From: Candidatus Methanoperedens nitratireducens
GTDB lineage: Archaea > Halobacteriota > Methanosarcinia > Methanosarcinales > Methanoperedenaceae
Length of the DNA: 32,392 nt
Assembly: GCA_965642175.1 (NCBI GenBank)
Contig: CBFFLL010000003.1
Location: 4,192-36,583 of the forward strand
Direction: 5' to 3'
Under the pieces are notes generated by a model. That model did no database searches, had not been told where the DNA came from, and worked only from the letters and a program-made list of their open reading frames with translations. Positions within the stretch are counted from its first letter, which is position 1; each line of letters opens with the position of its first letter. This document shows positions 27,393-32,392 of the stretch, piece by piece. A program made the translations under genes and the position numbers.

Positions 27393-28241
27393 ATGAATGG
27401 AGAAGAAGATTACTTAAAAACACTTTCAAAAGATGGAGCTAATATAAAAAACATATTGACTTACATCAAATCGATTGATAAACTCACAGAAAATGATCCA
27501 ATTAATAACTTTCATAAGATAAAAAAGGATATGATTGGAATTGAAAAAACATTAAACCAGAGCAGATTGGATGGGTTTATAAAGGAAGGTATTGAGCAGC
27601 ATTTACAGCCAATAAAAGAAAAAATTCCTGAGTGGGAAGATTCTGTCCACAAAAGCTTTGGACTAAAATTAGAAGAATCGCTCCAGCAATCCGGATTTGA
27701 ATTAGAAGGGCACTATCCGAATCTCAAGGTTTTATTATACACTTTAGAAGTGAATTTAGAAAATAATACTGTTGCAATCTGGTTTGGCCCTCTGCAAGAA
27801 AAATTGAAAACATGCAAACTTGTACCTGAGGATATCGTTGAAAAACTAAAGGATATTCACAATAAGAATACTCAACAAAGGTATGACGATAAAACTTTCA
27901 GTTCATATTTATATGAAGCTTATAAAATAGCGTCTTACCGTAATAAACTAAAAATTGGAGAACAGGTAAAAATCAGGGATATTCTTTCTGAGTTTGCTTT
28001 TTTAATTCAGGATATTACGTTCAAAACAAATCCGATTAAGAATAGATACAAAGATTATGGGAGTGTTTTCTTTGCTTATGATTTATACAGGTTGAAAGAG
28101 AGGAACATAGAAAATCATGAAATAAACATGATAACTGCTACGAGGGCGTTTACTGCCAGAAGAGCTGATTTTTTGTGGATCCCATCAAATGAAAAAGGGG
28201 ATGGTAATTATATTTCACACATTAAGTTCAGGGAGCTATAA
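27393..28241 (+). CDS. Hypothetical protein, first gene of a putative defence operon
   Basis: 282-aa AT-rich ORF with a helical N-terminus, 'GHYP', 'FFAYDLYRL' and 'ATRAFT...FLWIP'. It ends 2 nt before the next ATG. Confidence 0.75.
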   Translation: MNGEEDYLKTLSKDGANIKNILTYIKSIDKLTENDPINNFHKIKKDMIGIEKTLNQSRLDGFIKEGIEQHLQPIKEKIPEWEDSVHKSFGLKLEESLQQSGFELEGHYPNLKVLLYTLEVNLENNTVAIWFGPLQEKLKTCKLVPEDIVEKLKDIHNKNTQQRYDDKTFSSYLYEAYKIASYRNKLKIGEQVKIRDILSEFAFLIQDITFKTNPIKNRYKDYGSVFFAYDLYRLKERNIENHEINMITATRAFTARRADFLWIPSNEKGDGNYISHIKFREL

Positions 28242-28243
28242 CG

Positions 28244-29491
28244 ATGGTAAATGAAGCTGAGAAAAATGTAGAAATAGATCATCATGTTGCGAAAAAAATT
28301 ATAGAAAGTGTGGGAGGTTCAGGAAACCCTCCTGAGTATGGATTCCAATATTTCACAGTTGGACTGGATGATTACCTTAAAACGATCGATGAAGAATATC
28401 TCAAAAGTTTCATAAAGGAAGGCGGCTCTACTTTTAAAATGGTAGTTGGAATATATGGGGGCGGAAAAACCCACTTTCTGTATTGTATTCGGGAAAATGC
28501 CTGGAAATACAACTATATAACATCATATATAGAATTAAGCCCCGAACAGACGCCGTTCCATAAACTGGATATGGTCTACAGGGCAATAGCTGCAAATCTT
28601 ATCTATACACAAACACCTGATGAACTTTTATCGGGATATGAAAGAGGAATAGAGGCGGTTATAAAAGCATTGTACAATCGAAAGTATATGGAAATTTCGG
28701 ATAAACTATCCCCGGATGCTGTACTGCAAGAACTTGATCGCTATGCTTCGTCTATTGGACCTTATGAAAGCACCAGTTTCAGAAATGCTATCAAGGAGAG
28801 CCTTCTTAGCCTTGCAGAAAAGCGTGATGATGATTTCACATTGATCATGCAATGGTTAAAAGGTGAAAATCCTCCTAAAAGTATGCTTAAAGAGTTTAAA
28901 ATTTTCGAAAAAATAGAGAAGAGCACTGCATTTAAAATGATACGTTCACTTGTGCAGTGGACACAGGAAATAGGATATTCCGGACTTATCGTACTTATGG
29001 ATGAAGCAGAACAAAATTCAAGCATGAGTTCCAAGCAAAAAAGTATTCTTCTTACTAATTTAAGAGAACTGATAGATGAATGCGGGCGGGGAAATTTAAT
29101 GCATACGATGTGGTTCTATTCAGTTCCGGATGAAAATTTTCTTGAAGGAAAAACGAACATTTATGAAGCTTTACGTCAAAGACTATCTGAAGTTTTTGAT
29201 TCAGAAATAAATCCAACAGGAGTAAAAATAGATCTTGAAAAAATTCCGATGGATGCAGTAGAACTGTTGATTGAAAGCGGAAGAAAACTGGCACATATTT
29301 ATGAAAAAGCTTACACTGTGCAATTTGATAAAATCGCACTTGAAGAAACTCTAAGTAATATCGCAAAGGCCGCTTATGAAAGAAAGAGGGAAATCGGTCA
29401 CAAAAGGCTATTTGTTCAGAAAATTGTTAAAGCATTTCATAAAATGCATAAAGATGGAAAACCTGTTTCTCCTGAAGATGTTGAGCTATAG
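28244..29491 (+). CDS. BrxD/DUF2791-like P-loop ATPase (copy 1)
   Basis: 'IIESV..SGNPP', 'F.VG', 'FKMVVGIYGGGKTHFL', 'PFHKL..VY', Walker B 'GLIVLMDEAE' and 'YEALRQRL'. Confidence 0.82.
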   Translation: MVNEAEKNVEIDHHVAKKIIESVGGSGNPPEYGFQYFTVGLDDYLKTIDEEYLKSFIKEGGSTFKMVVGIYGGGKTHFLYCIRENAWKYNYITSYIELSPEQTPFHKLDMVYRAIAANLIYTQTPDELLSGYERGIEAVIKALYNRKYMEISDKLSPDAVLQELDRYASSIGPYESTSFRNAIKESLLSLAEKRDDDFTLIMQWLKGENPPKSMLKEFKIFEKIEKSTAFKMIRSLVQWTQEIGYSGLIVLMDEAEQNSSMSSKQKSILLTNLRELIDECGRGNLMHTMWFYSVPDENFLEGKTNIYEALRQRLSEVFDSEINPTGVKIDLEKIPMDAVELLIESGRKLAHIYEKAYTVQFDKIALEETLSNIAKAAYERKREIGHKRLFVQKIVKAFHKMHKDGKPVSPEDVEL

Positions 29492-29503
29492 GGGCAAAGA
29501 AAG

Positions 29504-30820
29504 ATGCAGACGTTGGAACATAAAATATACGGGAGAGGAGAAAAACAAAAAGAAAGATTTAAAGGATTTGAACTATACATAAGATTTGAAGATGGTATCT
29601 CAAGATGGATCAGAAGAGACGATATTAGATTTATCTCTGTACCCACTATTCTAACAAAGCCGACAGAATCACAACCACCTGTATTATCGATAGAGCAGTT
29701 TAAAGCAAGGCAAATAATTGAAGCATTAAAATTAGGTATTGTTCCTCATAGCGACATTGGAATGTTTACATTCGGACGCCAAAATGAAATAGATCAAATT
29801 ATTAGCTGGTTAAGTGATCCAGATGATGGGACAATGGCAATAACTGGCGAATATGGAAGTGGAAAGACGCATTTCCTGGAATACATATATTCAACAGCCC
29901 TCAAAGATAATTGGGCAGTTTCAATAGTCAATCTTGATCCCGGCGAATTATCATTTCATCAACCAAAGAAAATTTATGAATATATAATCAATTCGTTCAA
30001 ATTTAAAAATAAAGATGGGAATTTCAGGGAATTTTTAAGAGAAATCGCAAACAGCCATGATTTTAATAAACTTAGTGAACATCAATATCTAAATAGGGCC
30101 ATTGAAATAATTAGAAATGAAGCTGATGAAGAAGACTTCTGGGAATGGATAGAAGGAAAACCCGGTTGGTATGATTATCCTCAGATGCACGACTCTTCTA
30201 CAAGTGCAAATATCTACTGCTATTTATTGAGTGGAATTGGCTGGGCTTTGAAAAATATTCTTGGATTGAATGGTTTGTTAATTTTATTTGATGAGGGGGA
30301 AAGTGTAGATTCTTCCTGGTACACCTCATATCAAAACAAAAATTCACTAAATTATTTAACAGGACTTATTCTAATGGCAAATAATGACAAACGGCTGGTG
30401 AAAGAAGTACAAGAAGATAAATTTTATCAGCATCGAACTTATAAAGGATGGTGGGGTTCTAATACAGGATTACAGTATTGCGGTCGCAGCCAACTGCCTT
30501 TTTTATGGAACAATCCCTGCAGTGTTAAAACGATTCTTGCGTTTACTCCGGATTTTTCGATTCTGGACAGGGAGCCATTCAACATGGCTAAAGAATTAAA
30601 ACTTGAGCAGATCGGTAACGATGTGATCTTAAGGGAGATTTCAGAAAAAATCATCGAAATATACAAACAAGCGTATGATTACAAAGGTAATATTCACATA
30701 TCTGAAATAGTTGAATTTGTACCAAAAGATAATATTAGAAAATTCATTAAAGGGATAGTGGAAGCGTTAGACCTTATGCGATTTTACCCTGACAAAAGTA
30801 TGGAAGAGCTCGTAAGATGA
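29504..30820 (+). CDS. BrxD/DUF2791-like P-loop ATPase (copy 2) with a small N-terminal beta-barrel domain
   Basis: 'IIEALKLGIVP', 'GRQNEI', 'GEYGSGKTHFL' and Walker B 'GLLILFDEGE'. The N-terminus reads 'LEHKIYGRG...LYIRFEDG'. Confidence 0.82.
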   Translation: MQTLEHKIYGRGEKQKERFKGFELYIRFEDGISRWIRRDDIRFISVPTILTKPTESQPPVLSIEQFKARQIIEALKLGIVPHSDIGMFTFGRQNEIDQIISWLSDPDDGTMAITGEYGSGKTHFLEYIYSTALKDNWAVSIVNLDPGELSFHQPKKIYEYIINSFKFKNKDGNFREFLREIANSHDFNKLSEHQYLNRAIEIIRNEADEEDFWEWIEGKPGWYDYPQMHDSSTSANIYCYLLSGIGWALKNILGLNGLLILFDEGESVDSSWYTSYQNKNSLNYLTGLILMANNDKRLVKEVQEDKFYQHRTYKGWWGSNTGLQYCGRSQLPFLWNNPCSVKTILAFTPDFSILDREPFNMAKELKLEQIGNDVILREISEKIIEIYKQAYDYKGNIHISEIVEFVPKDNIRKFIKGIVEALDLMRFYPDKSMEELVR

Positions 30821-32388
30821 GTTGCGCCGGGCAAATTATTGAAATAAAGAGAAAACTTGGCAGAACATGGAACACTTTTTTTAGTAAATTCGGAAATTTA
30901 TTAGAAATCCAATTGAAAGCTATACCTGTGGTATTAGAACGAAAAAATGCCATAGTCGTTTCATCAACTGCAAGCGGAAAGACGGAAGCTGTGGTGGCGC
31001 CATTAATTGAAAGGTTTTTAAGAGAAGAATGGAAAAATCTGGCGATCCTGTATATTTCTCCAACAAAGGCTTTAGTCAATGATATCTACTATCGCTTAAA
31101 CGGTCAATTGGAGGAACTTGAAGTTTCAGTATCAATAAAAACCGGGGATAATCCGCAATTTAATCCCAATAAACCTCCGAATTTTTTAATAACTACACCG
31201 GAATCTTTTGATTCATTGCTTTGCAGGCATCCCGGATCATTTAATGATATAAAAGCTGTTATCCTGGATGAACTGCATCTTCTGGATAACACTTACAGGG
31301 GCGATCAACTTCGCCTGCTTTTGAAGAGGTTAAAATGTACTGCACAGACGGATTTTAATATGTATGTACTATCTGCTACCATAAGCGATCCGGAAGAAGT
31401 AGCATGCAGATATTTTAAAAATTTTGAGATTGTTAAAGCTTCAGGCAGGCGGGAGATCGATTATACACTTGTTCAATCGGTTAGAGAAGTTTTTGAATAT
31501 ACAAAAATAGAGAGACTTAAAAAGTTACTGATCTTCTGCAATAAAAGAGCAAGTACTGAGACAATGGCGTCGGAATGCAAGGGTTTGTGGGAGTCTAACC
31601 GGGTAGCTGTTCATCATGGAAGTCTAAGCAAAACAATCAGGGAAGAAGCCGAGAGCTTTATGAAAGAATCGCAATATGGAGTTTGCATAGCCACTATGAC
31701 GCTAGAAATTGGGATTGATATCGGAGATATTGATTCTATAGTGCTTGCAGAAGTTCCATGGAGTATTTCGTCGCTGCTTCAAAGGATCGGAAGAGGAAGC
31801 AGACGCACACTTAAGAACAGGGTTTTTGCTATTTACAATTCAGATTGTGAAAAGATGCTGCTTGAACACATGTTTAAATATGCAATTGAAGGGTATGTTG
31901 AATCAGTTGATTACTCACCGGATCTGTCTGTAGCGGTACAACAAATATTTTCATCTCTTTATGCCAATCCGAAAGGACTGGATAATATATATTTTTCGGA
32001 ACTTTTTAATGAATTCTGTTCAGAAAACGATCTTAAGGATATCTCAAATTATCTTATGAGAAAAAGCTGGATAGAAAAAAGAAATAGAAAATGGTATGCG
32101 GCAACCAAATTGATGGATTTGGGGGATAAAGGGAAAATTCATTCGAATATACCTAATAGTAAAAGATTGGTAGTTATCGATGTCAATTCCAAACGAATTG
32201 TGGGAGAGGTACAATATCCGGTTGATGATATTTTTCTTTTTGGGGGGAGTATCTGGAGAATAGTCAATATCCTGGGAGATAAAATATACGTGAAACCTGA
32301 GAAGGGGGAAGCATCGGCGATAAAATTCAAAAGCTGTGATTCAAATGGAGCATTTTATTATTTTTTGCCGGGGCATTTGAGGGAGTGA
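30817..32388 (+). CDS. Lhr/BrxHI-like DEAD/DEAH SF2 helicase (compact, 523 aa)
   Basis: Q motif 'IQLKAIP', I 'TASGKTEA', Ia 'YISPTKALVND', Ib 'TTPES', II 'DELH', III 'SAT', 'HHGSLS', V 'TLEIGIDIGD' and VI 'QRIGRGSRR'. ATGA overlap with the ATPase gene. Confidence 0.9.
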   Translation: MSCAGQIIEIKRKLGRTWNTFFSKFGNLLEIQLKAIPVVLERKNAIVVSSTASGKTEAVVAPLIERFLREEWKNLAILYISPTKALVNDIYYRLNGQLEELEVSVSIKTGDNPQFNPNKPPNFLITTPESFDSLLCRHPGSFNDIKAVILDELHLLDNTYRGDQLRLLLKRLKCTAQTDFNMYVLSATISDPEEVACRYFKNFEIVKASGRREIDYTLVQSVREVFEYTKIERLKKLLIFCNKRASTETMASECKGLWESNRVAVHHGSLSKTIREEAESFMKESQYGVCIATMTLEIGIDIGDIDSIVLAEVPWSISSLLQRIGRGSRRTLKNRVFAIYNSDCEKMLLEHMFKYAIEGYVESVDYSPDLSVAVQQIFSSLYANPKGLDNIYFSELFNEFCSENDLKDISNYLMRKSWIEKRNRKWYAATKLMDLGDKGKIHSNIPNSKRLVVIDVNSKRIVGEVQYPVDDIFLFGGSIWRIVNILGDKIYVKPEKGEASAIKFKSCDSNGAFYYFLPGHLRE

Positions 32389-32392
32389 TGGG

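Noticed and set aside
27393-32388. Calling the operon BREX or Shango outright
   Set aside because: No PglX, PglZ or BrxC is visible and there is no recognisable TerB-domain gene. Only the ATPase/helicase module is shared.

Overview
This is an archaeal chromosomal window. Gene content and protein style point to Methanosarcinales, most like Ca. Methanoperedens/ANME-2d (inference). Most of it is core housekeeping: R15P isomerase, cobQ, gfcR, stomatin/NfeD, TrkH, cupin PGI, a split CcmF-type cytochrome c maturation pair, PAN, tRNA-His, rpl15e with a structured leader, TBP, RadA and topoisomerase VI A/B. Three accessory zones stand out. (1) About 4.4-7.75 kb: an AT-rich RloA/RloB (AbiL-like) pair, followed by a nest of small elements. 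These include an ORF-less 780-nt group II intron (6835-7614, minus strand) with non-canonical ends. It sits precisely inside a palindromic ATCCG-repeat hairpin, which itself lies in a MITE-like segment flanked by 11-bp direct repeats. (2) About 21.5-22.45 kb: two decaying pseudogenes. (3) From 27.4 kb to the end: an AT-rich operon directly after top6A. It encodes an unknown protein, two tandem BrxD/DUF2791-like P-loop ATPases (the second with a Tudor-like N-terminus) and a compact Lhr/BrxHI-like helicase, with no BREX PglX/PglZ or Shango TerB gene visible. This operon is a candidate undescribed antiviral system. All family assignments come from motif recognition by eye, not database searches.
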